Shown one piece after another: positions 9,611-23,342 of a stretch of DNA of 64,000 nucleotides; positions within the stretch are counted from its first letter, which is position 1; the number at the start of each line of letters is the position of its first letter. The DNA is from Veleropilina oligotropha (taxonomy: Eukaryota): NCBI GenBank assembly GCA_048128005.1, contig JBEUKZ010000085.1, positions 1 through 64,000 on the forward strand, given 5' to 3'. A program made the position numbers and the translations under genes. Under the pieces are notes generated by a model that was given only the letters and a program-made list of their open reading frames with translations, was not told the origin of the DNA and searched no databases.

Positions 9611-12600
9611 ATGGACAAAGTCAAGAGAGGTCCAGACATGAAAAAAGGCAAGAGAGGTCCAGACTCGAGCTTAGATTTTATCTGGGCATCTATGCCAGGC
9701 ATGCCGTCTTCAGTCCTCTGGCCTGTAAAACGAATAAGAGTAGAAGATGGAAAAATAGAAGTCTTTTGCAAGAGCGACAATGCAGAGTGAGTATATTTTC
9801 ATGTCAAGGTGTCTAGTGTTAAGTGAAAGATTAGTCATATACTAATTAATATAATTAAAAAAATTCCACTAAAAATTGACAGTGCGCTAATTTGTCAAAA
9901 TTGACATCCACGTACTTTGTTAGGGCTGTTGTAGAAAAAAGGCTATGGGGGTGTGAAGGCACTTCGATTTCAATCCCACCACCTGTAAAATTTAAATAAT
10001 TGAGATAACCATAACCTACATATTTTAATAAGAGGAAAATAAGACGCTACAGAATATTTTTTTGGCCCGTAACCGACTGAGGTGCGTGGGTTTCACCGCT
10101 TAATCCGGGCTTTCCTTCCACAGCAATATAGACTAGTCCTGGTATAGACCGAAAGTTGCATTAAATGGGACGAAAACATTAACTCTGTCAGTCAGTTTAA
10201 TTCTGCAAAATTTCCTGCTTTGATTAATATATGCGAAGATTATTACACCGCAACCTCGCGTTGCAACCTCGTTATAACGCGAGAGTCGGGGTCCAAATAT
10301 TTCTGCTTGCGTTATATCCGATCGCGTTATACGAATGTTGGTCAAATTTACATTGATGCATAATTAGCATTAAATTGATATTGATATTCAGTTATTCACT
10401 GTTTATCATCATCAGGTGCAATAATTATTAAAATGATGAAGCCTAAATTAAGTTTATAATAATGTACATTATTAAATATTTTGTTGGTAAGTATTAATAA
10501 AAAAATAAAAGATCACATAAATTTATGTACGTACTTGATAATATCTTTATTTGGACCATTCTGGAAATGGCTTCCCCAAGTCATGTTCTATAATCTCACG
10601 AGGCTGATTGTAAAAACATCTATTGTCTTGTTAATTGGTAGTCCAAATGCTCATTGTAGTCCAGCCATAAGATTTATTTCAAACTTCTACACGAGCTCAG
10701 ATAAACAGGAAGTTACTGCCTAATTATCGCGTATTAATATATAAGTATATTTTTATTTTCATTTGGTGATTAAATAAATTATTAGAGCAGTTATATGATG
10801 CTAAGTCAATAAATATAGACCTTATACTGGGTAATTTTGTCAAAGTGGATGTAAATACTGCAATTATAATGGGTACTATTTTCTGGATCAGCATTCAATG
10901 AGTGAATGGCCAAACACAATGGCAGCTAACAATGGTCAGGTCGCGATGTTGCACTCGACAGAAAAGATCATTGGCATTATACCATTGATACTATTGTTTG
11001 GTAAAGAACAATACAAGGTATTTAATCTGAATTAATTGAGGGGTTCTCGACTAAACTGTGGAATACTGCCTTGAATTAAATAAAGCAACAAACTTGATCT
11101 AATAACAAACGGAGTTTGGAAAATTATTTAATTACATGTGGATTATTCCATTAAGTATAATAATACAAACATCGGTGATGGAACACTTACGCGCCTTCTA
11201 GTACAATCAATTCATCATATTTTATACACCTGTAACTGTTATCCGTTTATCGCGATATGAATTCATTATTGCACTTTAAAAGTGATTTCATAACATTATA
11301 AGGACTAAATATTTTGGGAGCCATGGTCGGCCCCGCGTTATAACCGATTCCGCGGTATATCGGGGCGCGTTATATCGAGGTTGCGGTGTACATCATATAC
11401 TAGTTTAAAAACCATTTATTTCCTGCGCTTCCTCTATATTTGTCTTGAATGTACAAATGTATGTTGGTCAGATCGGTGTGAGACCTTATACCGGGTGTCC
11501 CGACTGCGTTAAGGCTGAAAAATTGCTAAAAGTAGTGTAAAACAAATTTACCTACCTTCCTTGAATGTACATGTGAAGCAGTAACTGTTCTTCTGACAGG
11601 ATTACTTTAAAGCCATCAGCAAAGATTCTACCTTTTCCTGGAGATCTTCAGCAGTGGCAGAAGAAAGGAGAATGTAATAGTTGATTTGTGTTAACCCCAA
11701 TAAAAATAAATGTATGGTATATATATATGCAAATGCTCATCTGTCAGAAATTGTCATCGAATCTCTTGAAATTATGCAAGACATTTGATGTGAAGATTGT
11801 TTCAAATTTTTTCACACAAAGGAAAACTTCTAATGGCCACATTAATATCTGTGTATTGTATTAGAGCATGTTAGTGTCTGCTATGCAGTTGCATTTCATA
11901 TATATTAAGCAAATGCGTGCATAACTCGTCAATTGCATTTCTTTCTTTGCAATTAAGTGCATTTTCAAATCTCTTTGGGACTGGACCATTTAATATAACT
12001 TAAGTGAAGTGTGTTTTTAAAAATGTCTATTTCCTGATATCTGATTTTCCTCTGATTGGTGAAAGTGATAATGAAATCACTGATTCACATTACTTGTATC
12101 TGGAATGATAAGTCAAACTTCGATTCCAGTTAAAGCAAAAAATGAAACTTTGTCTGTTCCTGTAATCTGTATAACTGTGGCATTAATTCTGGCAAGATTT
12201 AATCATGCGTCGTAAGATAATTACTTTGATTCTTAATATCTTATCCCGTTCGAAAACAGACTACAATTGTACAACTTGAAATTGACTCTATATTAAGCTG
12301 GAAACAGAACAGCTTATAATAACAGAAATATTTCTGATAAATACTTATGTATACCATACAGTTATTTTTTGTTAGCAAATGGTTATTTTTTTATACTGGC
12401 TGTTTTAATTTTGTTGATATTTGTTTTTTTAGCTATGTTGCCCTGGTTTTGTTTTGGCATTTGGGGACCTAGTTGGCTATTATTAATCTGGTCGGAATTA
12501 TTACCTGTTACTGTAACATTGACACCAATTGGAAATATACATGAAAATTGAGAAATATCCAAGTACATCTGGTATTGTCATAGTCCAGTGTCCTTACAAA

Positions 12601-15600
12601 TCCTTACAAATCTGTCACTAACACACCCATTGTCTTCTGATTCTTTTGAATTGAAACGAATTTAATATTTACTGTTAATATAACTGATCCTGGTGCAAAC
12701 ATACAAATTCTATCCAATTGCAATCATCAATTTCATATTCAATGTTTTGGAGCATTTTTCATTAACCAGAATTCCAACACTTTGATAGTTTGACAAATAA
12801 TTCTTACGAGTCAAAATGCAAGTTTTGATGTAAAGGATTTAATTTGTCTTTGATTTTTTAAGTTTATAATAAGTAATAAAGGAAAACTGAAATGTCAAAA
12901 ACTTTATTTTTTAGCTGCTTTGAAGAAAAAGAGCAAAACATTAAGGGCATTTCATGAAGATGTGGATTGGGCCATGATGTGCAAACACGAGGATACTCCA
13001 CTGGTCCCCAAGAACAGCGAGGATACTTCACATACTCCACTGGTCACCAAGAACAACGGGGATACTCCACATACTCCACTGGTCACCAAGAACAGCGAGG
13101 ATACTTCACATACTCCACTGGTCACCAAGAACAACGAGGACACTTCACTGGTCGCAAAGACCAACGAGGATACTCCACATACTCCACTGATCACCAAGAA
13201 CAGCGAAGATACTTCACATACTCCACTGGTCACCAAGAACAACGAGGACACTTCACTGGTCACCAAGACCAACGAGGATACTTCACTGGTCACCAAGAAC
13301 AACGAGGATACTCCACTGGTCATCACGAACAACGAGGACACTTCACTGGTCACCAAGAACAGCGAGGGTACTCCACATACTCCACTGGTCACCAAGAACA
13401 ACGAGGACACTTCACTGGTCACCAAGAACAACGAGGATACTCCACTGGTCATCACGAACAAGTTGTCAAAATATTTGATAACTGAGATAGGATCGCTGGA
13501 TTTGACTAATTGGGATTATTCAAATGTAAAGAAGACAGCCGTTCTGACTCTGGCACGACTTACCCTCTACAACCGAAGGCGATGCCATGAAGTTCAGGCC
13601 TTGAGGTAAATTGTATTAATAGTATTATTTTGTCTACATATAATACGAAAATACAGTGTTCAGTAAGTGTCGAAACGTATTTATTTTTCTCTTCTGGTTA
13701 TTTAAAATGTCGATCGCAACCCACACATCTTCACCAGATATGGACTACCATGACGGATAACTCTTACGTGCCTTCCACTGGGAAATTAATCCACACTGCC
13801 AAAGCAGTGCAGTCTGGTGAGAGAAGCAATGCTTTTATCACTGAACCATGACGACAACCTCCTCTTGCATAGGCATATTCATGATAGGTGTGGAATTTCA
13901 GTGATGCGAAAGTGACTAGTATTGGAGTCACATAATTATAAAATAAATGTTGTACAATTATATCATTCAATATGACCAAGTTCTCATTGTCACCTTTCAG
14001 TGTTTTTTTATTTAGATGTGCAACCTATACAACCTTTAAATCATTTTCCTTTTTAGGGTTGATGTCTACAACAGGAGGAAAGCAGGTGTTGATGAAGTAG
14101 CGCTCGAAATGCTCAGAGAGCTGACACCCTTTGAGAACGAGCTTCTAAAACGCCAAGAAATGGTTGAAATCAGGGGCAAGGTAAGGCTTGGTATATGTGT
14201 TATTTGCATAAAGTTATGATAGTTTAGAGATTATCATATCTAGAAATAAATTTAAGAGATGATAATAAACACAAATCTCAATATTTAATAAAAGGCTTGT
14301 GCTTTTATTGCAGTATCGATATATCTTAAATTTTATTTATAGATATGATAATATCTATGCCGTCATAAATGCAAAGATCGCATACATAGTGTCCGTTTAA
14401 TTGGCGTTAAATCCCATTTTACAGGACATTAGGATTCAGCATCTTTAAAAAGCAACTAACAACAAAGTTAAACGTAACTATTATTTCACCATATCAATAT
14501 CCTAGTACATATGCGTTGTGCTGCTGTTAACATGATACATTTTATTTTGCTCTTCTGAGCATACATATACATGTAACATATTCAGACACCTACAAAAATT
14601 TCGATACCAATTGAGGACCATTTTGTCAACTACTATTTTATGTTACAATTTAGTTGTTATTGTGGCTAATTAACTCGCAATATTAACTGATATAAGCTAA
14701 CTCAACAAATTTTTTTGTTGTACATTAAATGTTGATATGATAATTATGCATTGTTTCTTGTATTTTACACTATGAACATAATGTTTTATTTTATCTCAGA
14801 CTGGTAGAGGTGTTCCAGTAATATTGCCAGCAGACACGCTTAAACCTTTGCAGTTTTTAGCCAATCCAGATGTAAGAGCAACAGCTGGAATACAAGTCAC
14901 CAATCCGTATCTCTTTGCGAATTCACGTAAGTGATTCTAACTAAATTGTTTTCCTATTTATAAGTATTCGGTAGTGAATTATAATATTGATAACTGATAA
15001 CCAAAGGATATTTTTGTTTTGCACCCCAGCAATTGTACCCGGAATGACAACAGTTTATATAATTCAGCTTTTATATAAAATTTGGATGATCAGCACTCTG
15101 TTTAATGTGTTAGCGATTGTGCAATGTATGGTGTCCGTCAACTTGCACTTATTACCACTACTCCAAAGTGTCGGGTCACATGGACACGAGACGGTCACAA
15201 TTTTATTGGTGCCCCTCGTTACTTAAATCGTGTATAGAAAGCTTCCCATGTCACAGATATGAATATTGTACAAAGCAAGTGTCAATTCACGAAACTGTCA
15301 ATTCACGAAACTGTTATGGTGTGCTAGATCATTTTAAGTGTTGTTCTAGCCATGGTCATTTTCATAATTTCCATTTTGTCTTTATTTGAACAGTTGCTGG
15401 GGTGTTCCGAGCATATGATGCCATTAGAAATGTCAGTATCCAGGCTGGGTTGGTAATGCCACAACTTGTGAGGACCAGCAACATGCGAAAATATATGGCT
15501 ACAATGCTTCAGGTAAATATCTACTGTAAAATATGGCTTTAGTTTATGGTATCACCCAAAATTGGTGGCATTTATCTTAGGATATTTTGTTACAACAGTG

Positions 15601-18600
15601 GAAAGAAAACTGCAATTTTTGTCAGATTTTGTTTAATGATAAAGCAGTGATATATGTTAAACTTTATTTTTTAGTTGCATTACGAAGCTATGCTGGTCAT
15701 GGTGCATAAATTAGTTTTACAGGCCTTTTACATAGCCGATTCTCTGTACTAACTGCTACACTATTGATCAATACAGCCATACTGGGATATTTTGTATGTA
15801 GTTGTCAACATTTTGTTTTGCTGAATGCGGTTCACATTATCTGGTTTCCATACTCTAGGATGCCATACCTCTAAAGGATGATATACACCCATTGTTCATG
15901 AAGCCAAGAACCTCAGCTGTTTAATTTGGGAAATTATGCATGTTTATTTTGTGTCTGTCTGACTTAATGTCCCATCGGTGTTGCACACATGCATTGCAAT
16001 AAATGACAAATACCGCCCTAAAATTCTTATCGTCAGGCAAATATGACATTTTCTTTTGTATGATTTTGAGTGAACATTTTCTTGCTTTTAGTCACTCGAT
16101 ACGAACGACTCGGAGAGACAGTGGGTTGTTGACCATCTGGGACATACGATGAATATACACATGACAAGTTACCGTCAAACGTCCGACATTTTGGAGAGAG
16201 TTGATGTGTCCAAACTACTATTGATCCAAGATTTTGGGTTGGTTCATTCCTATGTCGGCAAGAAGTTGAAGGATATACAACTGGATGGTGAGTGATATTT
16301 TAATTTTGGCAAATACACTTGCAGGTATGTTGCCTAGAAATATTTGAGTGCGGGTAAAATATTTTTCAATGTATATTTTTGACGCCGTATGAAAACGTAT
16401 TACATATTATGTATTTCAAAAACCAATTTCTTGACACCCGAGTGACATTTAGATCATACATATTATAAAATGTATCATAAATTTTATATTGATATTGTTA
16501 AAATAGCGTGACTGTTTGTGCACATTGATTAATCCAAATATACTGCTGGATGGAAAATAAATATTTATGCTTGTGCCGCTTGACAGTACAGACTGCCGGG
16601 TGCGACCAATCGGCATCAACCGGCATTGGCACATCCTTGTGGGGTCACCTGACCATGGTGCAGCTGCTGTGGGGTTGGTCATTGGTATACACCTATGTAT
16701 GTTGGACACCGACCATGGTGCTGTGAGGTTGGTCATTGATATACAGCTATGTATGTTGGACACCTTGTGGGGTCGTCTGACCATGGTGCTGTGGGGTTGG
16801 CCATTGGTATACACCTATGAATGTTGGACACCATGTGGGGTCGTCTGACCATGGTGCTGTGGGGTTGGTCATTGATATACACCTATGAATGTTGGACATC
16901 TTGTGTGGTCGTCTGACCATGGTTCTGTGGGGTTGGTCAGTGGTATACACCTATGAATGTTGGACACCATGTGGGGTCATCTGACCATGGTGCTGTGGGG
17001 TTGGCCATTGGTATACACCTATGTATGTTGGGCACCTTGTGGGGTCATCTGACCATGGTGTTGTGGGGTTGGTCATTGGTATACACCTATGAATGTTGGA
17101 CACCTTGTGGGGTCATCTAACCATGGTGCTGTGGGGTTGGTCATTGGTATACACCTATGAATGTTGGACATCTTGTGTGGTCGTCTGACCATGGTTCTGT
17201 GGGGTTGGTCAGTGGTATGCACCTATGTATGTTGGACACCTTGTGGAGTCGTCTGACTAGGACACTGTTTGGTCAGTGGTATGCACCTATGTATATTGGA
17301 CACCTATTCCTTGCATGCGTATAAACAGTATAAGCTTCTTTTATTATTCCAGTTATATAATATTTCAGCACGATAGTGGCAGTGTGGTCAGATTTGATAC
17401 ATTGAAAAATTTGACAATGACCATTGATAAAACCATGAAATGGACTATTGCTTTTATTTTCACCAAATATTGGCGTTTCTGTATTACCATATCTATAGCG
17501 CTAGGGTTTTTTCTGAACACCTTGCCATAAGTCCACGTTATTGCTATGCACCGGAAGCGAATTATACTGTTATAATTGCGCCTAAGAGAAAGTTTCACCA
17601 CACCACCCCTCTGCCAACAAATAGACGGTCCCGAAACCAAGGCGATAGTCATAGCAATAAGGTGGACTTATGGCAAGGTGTCTAGAAAACCCCAGCTAAT
17701 AGATACAGGAATTACTATAAATTCCTACTGTTTAGTTACATATTTCCTTATACAGATTAATGATGTATGAAGCATAATTTAATCATGATTCATTGAAGAA
17801 CCGCCAACATGCAAATATCTTGCTCTGTCAAATATCTCAGTTTTTAATTAGTAAAAACATATGGTGAGTGTGTGACTACTACAGATTGATTGCAACTCAT
17901 GCACGCCCTTACAGACATTACGCACACAGATACATCGCTTTGAAATGATGTTAGTAATTGTAATATAGCATACTATGATGCAATTGCTTCATAACAGTGG
18001 CTTCATATTTGTCACATCATTTCTGCAATCAACCATCGATTCATCTACATGATCTTGCCAGGTTATTTTTACTCAACTACTTTATGCTTGCTTTTTCTTG
18101 TAGATATTATTTCGGAGATCGGGGTAAAACATGACATCACGTGTAATACCGTTCCAACCAGTGCAGACGAACCATCTTTTGAAAATAATGAAAATTGTAT
18201 TCCCGATCTTGTGGATGCATATGACAGTAAGTATTTTGGCAGCTATAATTATTTTGCTATATGTGACTAGTCACTAGTAAGTTTTCTCGAATATCAATAT
18301 TCTGTCAATAAGTATATATACAAACATTACTACGCTAAATATAAGGCATTCAGAAAAATCTATCTCATGGCATGATCCTATTGAAGGATGAAGAATCCAA
18401 GAGTCAATTCCTCTGCCACCAGCTTCGGTAGTTTCATAATACCCTGGTCCCATCACTATTACTAAACCCAGGAAAGCCTTGATTTCTTCAACAAAAGTAT
18501 CTTTACAATTTGAGTCATTATTTCTCACGTGACCTTTGTTACAGCTTTCAAATTTATTATATTTTCATATAAGACCCATTTTCTTCGAATAATTACACTG

Positions 18601-20807
18601 ACCCAAATAAAATTTCTGCGGACCTGTTCTCTCCTCAAATTTATGAAAACTTGCCAGTTTGAGTTATTTCCCCAGATGGCACTAGTCTGTACAAAATGTA
18701 GTGTCCACTGTTCCCTTTTTTCTTATTCGCTCATCATTTATTACAATGTGTCTCGTTATATAATATCTTAGGTTTGTATACTTCCGCGATGTCAAATAAT
18801 ACCGTATTTTTACTATAAATCTAATGCTTATCCAGAATTGTTCGTTATTACTATTACATGTATTACTGTCTGTTGATTAAGTTTACATTATCTTTACTGG
18901 CTTGCTATTGAAATTTGCTGTTTGAAAAATTACCGTGCAGCAAAGAGACTGATATATATAACGTGTGTGAAAGTCATATGCTGAATTTTGCGCTATTGAC
19001 TTAGTTTGACGCCTTTAGAGTCACAATAAAATAGTTGCATTAATATCAGTGCTTGACACTCAGGTGGCCCAACATTTCAGATATCATGTTTTTATGTTTG
19101 AAAACTGCCACTAGCAAAAATTGTTTATTAAATTTTTGCCAGTTTATTCAAATGAATTTTTCTATTATAATGTTTTTAAAATGGAAGGTAATACAGTACT
19201 TTTGTAATTGTTGACATGTAGTAAATATTTTTTCCTTCATTAGGTGATGAACACGGTGATGTACCAAGCAGCTGCACAAGGAAAAAGCCGAAAAATCCAG
19301 GTTTGGGAGAAACATTTGTCTTGTAGTCATTGGATTATGTTAGCTATATATGAATGTAGTACATCGGGAACTGGTAACAACCACCAACACATTAGTCATC
19401 ATATGCATTGACTTGTCAATAGCCTTGTTGGACATAAATTGAATTCAGAACCATCCATTATTCAGATAGCATTACTATTAGAAACTGTTTCTAATTAAAA
19501 AGTAAACAACAGGCAGTTGTAACATTTTTAACATGATATATGACTGTTTTTTTTTTATTCATATAGTTATGAGGGATTCTTCCGTCTCGTGCACAAAAGT
19601 GTCACATTGAAACTAATTTTTCAAATGTATTATTTTGATACATTTTCACTCTCTCAGTAAAGTCAAACATTCATGCTGTCATGCTGCAATAACGAGGAGA
19701 TAGTTATGAAAGCTTCTTTCAAAATATTTTAGGTCATAAATGTTGAACTTCACATTGTTGTGTTCATAACGTGGTGTCCAATAAAAGCATATTTCTGCCT
19801 TTTAATGAGCTCCTGACAGACAATTTGGCATGCAATGCTTTTAAAATGGCATTTACATGTTATACCTGCACGGGTAACATTTCAAATGTAATAAAAAATA
19901 TATATTAAATAGTGGCATTCCAAATTGGACACCGGTACTAACACAACACAAACACCACAAAGTATATTTAAATCCTTTATTGCTCATAAAAATTATTGGC
20001 ATATACAATACCATCAACAATACACACTGCTCAATGCTTAATATATAATTAGATTTTTTTATCAATATTAACTTGTTCGACTATCTACAGTATAATTTTA
20101 TAGCTGAAAATCTCAAGTTGTAGTATTATTTGACAGTGTTTTTAATGAGATTATAACAGACAAGGTAGCATGCAATGCATGTACAAGTGGCTTCTACATA
20201 TTATATCTGCACTGGTAACATATCAAATTTAAAAACAAAACAAATAAAAAGTGACATGAAATTGGACACCGTTACGAAATATCTATATATATACATACAT
20301 ACATACATACATACATACATACATACATACATACATACATACATACATACATACATACATACATACATACATACATACATACATACATACATACATACAT
20401 ACATACATACATACATACATACATACATACATACATACATACATACATACATACATACATACATACATACATACATACATACATACATACATACATACAT
20501 ACATACATACATACATACATACATACATACATACATACATACATACATACATACATACATACATACATACATACATACATACATACATACATACATACAT
20601 ACATACATACATACATACATACATACATACATACATACATACATACATACATACATACATACATACATACATACATACATACATACATACATACATACAT
20701 ACATACATACATACATACATACATACATACATACATACATACATACATACATACATACATACATACATACATACATACATACATACATACATACATACAT
20801 ACATACA

Positions 20808-20839
<32 letters not shown>

Positions 20840-23342
20840 CACATATATATACAGTGTTGGGAAGGAAAATTAGGCTAATGGGAGAAATGCCCCTCTTTGA
20901 AAAATTCTATGGATAATTTTTAGCTCGACTATTCTAGAATAGTGTGAGCTATTGCGGTCACCCTGTCGTCGGCGTCAAACTTCAGGTTAACATTTTTCAT
21001 GAAGGGTGTTTTCTAGCAAAGTTTTCACACTACACCTTTTAAACTTCATACAGTTGTTCAACGTCATTATGCGACCTTACATTACTGTACAGGCGTAATA
21101 ACTCTGGCTTCGTTTTTTACCAAATTATTCCGCTTTTTCGACTTAGAAAATTCAGGTTAATGTTTTGCATGAAGGGTTTTGCTAAAAAAAATCACGCTAC
21201 ACGGCAACCTCGATATAATGCGCCTCGATATACCCTGCAATCGGTTATAACGCGGGTCCGAGCATGGCTCCCAAAAATATTTTAGTCTATATAATGTTAA
21301 GTTATTAAATCAGTCATTTCATATCGCGGTAAACAGATAACAGGTGTTTAATATATGATGAATTCATTGACACTACAAGGCAACTAACTACTCGTAATTC
21401 TAGCATCGATGTTTGCTTTTAGTGTATTTTATTCATGATGTTATAAAACTATCAATTCAATCCACTTGCATTTTCCAAACTCCGCTTTTTATTGGATCAC
21501 GTTTGTTGTTTTATTTAATTCAAGACAGTATTCCACGGTTTAGATGAGAACCCATGAATTAATTAAGCTTAAATACCTTGTTTTGTTCTTTGCCAAACAA
21601 TAGCAACAAGGGCAGAAATATTTGGATCCCGACTACCGCGTTATAACGAGGTTGCGGTGTACATCTTTCAAACTTCGTACCCTTGTTCAACGTCATTATG
21701 CAACCGTACATTACAGGCGTAATAACTCTGGCTTCGTTTTTTCCCAAATTATTCCCCTTTTTCGATTTGGACAATTCATGTTAATGTTTTGCATGAAGGG
21801 CCTTTTCTCGCAAATTTTTCACACTACATCTTTCAAACTTCATACACTTGTTCAACATCAATATGCGACCTTACATTACAGGCGTAATAACTCTGGCTTC
21901 GTTTTTTTACCAAATTATTCCCTTTTTTCTACTTTGACAATTCAAGTTAATGTTTTGCATGAAGGGCCTTTTCTCACAAAGTGTTTACACTACAGCCTTG
22001 AAACGTCATACACTTGTTCCGTATCATTATGCGACCTTGCAATACAAGGAATATAACTCTAGCGTCATTTTTACCAAATTAATCACCCTTTTCGACTTAG
22101 ATAATTCAGGTTAATGTTTTGCATGAGGTGTCTTTTCTCACAAAGTGTTCACACTACAGCCTTGAAACTTCATACACTTGTGCCACATCATTATGCGACC
22201 TTGCAATACAAGGGCTACTTCACCAAACAATAATGATTAACTCTGTCTGTCTGTCCATCCATCATGCTATCGCTAAAACCACTTGCAGCATTGAACCACA
22301 TTTGGTGTATGACTTTCCCATGTAGTAAAGAGGTGCAATACCAATACAGCTTTCAAACTTATTACTGGTGTTTTCATTCTAAAATGCCATTTTCATCGAT
22401 CCAGCTTTTGATAGTCGAGCATGCTGTCCTTCTGACAGCTCTTGTTAAATGCTATGGGAACAGCATTTCATATAGATTCTGATTGCAGTTATAAATAAAT
22501 TTATTGTATACTATACTATTGTAAGAAGAATCAGTTGATGAAGAATCCTTAATTTAAATATCGCAAAACAGTATTTTTTAACTTATATTCTTAGTATAAA
22601 TTGCGCTTTGTTTTGTGTGTAATGTCACGTTAACATTAAAAATGTATCTTTGAAAATTGTCAAAAATATTATGAATTTCAAAATATTAGTTTCCATTTAA
22701 TTTTTGTCCATTCAAAATTTATCTGCTTTACGACAACCAGTGGAACGTAGCATTTTGAGCCCAACCCCAATTTTATTCTCACCATTCGTCAATTTATCGT
22801 TGGCTATTATTTGTGATCCAAATCTTTCATGCACCCGCCTATCTCCGATCTGATTTTTCATTAACCCAAATGCGGTGTGCATCACCTTCTTAATCCCTGT
22901 ATATATATATATATATCTCGTTTATTCATGACTTTAATAAGACCTCGTTTCTTCAATAAATGAAAAATATGAATAATTTGAGACACGTGCTACACAAAAT
23001 AACCAATTAATGGATTTTAAAGTGAGTAATAGAAATAAAACTTAATTCTATTGGACAAAAAATAAGTTGACATATTTTCCATTTTTTCGAATTTGTCGAC
23101 CCGCGCCTGCAATATGATTGTTCTTATCACTTTCAGTTAATCGTGTAAAATGGACTACGAACGAGGAGGAGGAGATTAGGAAGAGATTTACGTCTCATTT
23201 TAATGGTACCTCAAAGAAATTGCCAGGAAAGGCAGAATGCGTAGCAGCCATCGCTACTTCTCGTTCTGAAAATGGAGCGCTGACAGGCAGATACTGGGAA
23301 ACTTTAAAAAAAAAAGTTTTCAATATGTTGAAGAGAATTTGA
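9611..23342 (+). CDS. Spliced tyrosine-recombinase-family protein, ~630 aa (PWWP-like N-terminus, repeat linker, YR catalytic domain, Myb/SANT-like C-terminus)
   Basis: Exons 9611-9786, 11600-11673, 12915-13605, 14057-14180, 14800-14926, 15394-15512, 16092-16287, 18104-18226, 19244-19300, 23137-23342. All introns are GT-AG with compatible phases; total 1893 nt, no internal stop. Motifs LARLTLYNRRRCHEV, EIRGK|TGRGVPV, NPYLFA, TSNMRKYMAT, DHLGHTMNIHMTSYR, KWTTNEEEEI...LPGKAEC...RYWETLKKKV. Confidence 0.8.
10246..11388. mobile_element. Tc1/mariner-pogo-type MITE (TA TSD)
   Basis: TA|CACCGCAACCTCG ... CGAGGTTGCGGTG|TA. A shorter related copy lies in the opposite orientation at 21200-21659. Confidence 0.85.
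12987..13460 (+). repeat. Coding minisatellite with 24/33-bp units (EDT[S/P][HTP]LVTKN[N/S])
   Basis: Repeated CACTGGTCACCAAGAACAACGAGGATACT; every unit length is a multiple of 3, inside exon 3 of the YR gene. Confidence 0.9.
16635..17305 (+). repeat. 68-bp minisatellite, ~10 copies, intronic
   Basis: Unit GGACACCTTGTGGGGTCGTCTGACCATGGTGCTGTGGGGTTGGCCATTGGTATACACCTATGAATGTT; starts at 16758 and 16826 give a 68-bp period. Confidence 0.9.
17490..17705. mobile_element. Foldback MITE
   Basis: ACACCTTGCCATAAGTCCAC.TTATTGCTATG is inverted with CATAGCAATAA.GTGGACTTATGGCAAGGTGT. Confidence 0.75.
18320..18560 (-). pseudogene. piggyBac (PGBD-like) transposase relic
   Basis: Minus strand VEEIKAFLGLVIVMG, then frameshifted IMKLP and FNRIMP*DRF; resembles the conserved piggyBac segment E.KAFLG..I.MG...LP...IM.RDRF. 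Confidence 0.65.
20290..20836. repeat. (TACA)n microsatellite, ~545 bp
   Basis: Near-perfect ATAC tandem array. Confidence 0.98.
20917..22446 (+). mobile_element. HINE/Helentron-associated element with ~120-bp central tandem repeats
   Basis: 5' TTTTAGCTCGACTATT...AATAGTGTGAGCTA; 3' ATAGTCGAGC + hairpin GCTGTCCTTCTGACAGC + TCTTGTT; repeated CAGGCGTAATAACTCTGGCTTCGTTTT units. Confidence 0.8.
21200..21659. mobile_element. Second copy of the TA-TSD MITE, nested in a HINE repeat unit
   Basis: TA|CACGGCAACCTCG ... CGAGGTTGCGGTG|TA; internal sequence is the reverse complement of parts of 10246-11388. Confidence 0.85.

Noticed and set aside
12952..13485. Alternative-frame and antisense ORFs over the coding minisatellite
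   Set aside because: By-products of stop-free repeat units; only the 12920 frame joins the flanking exons in phase.
20175..20873. Long ORFs on both strands (YIHT / MYVC repeats)
   Set aside because: Artefacts of the (TACA)n microsatellite.
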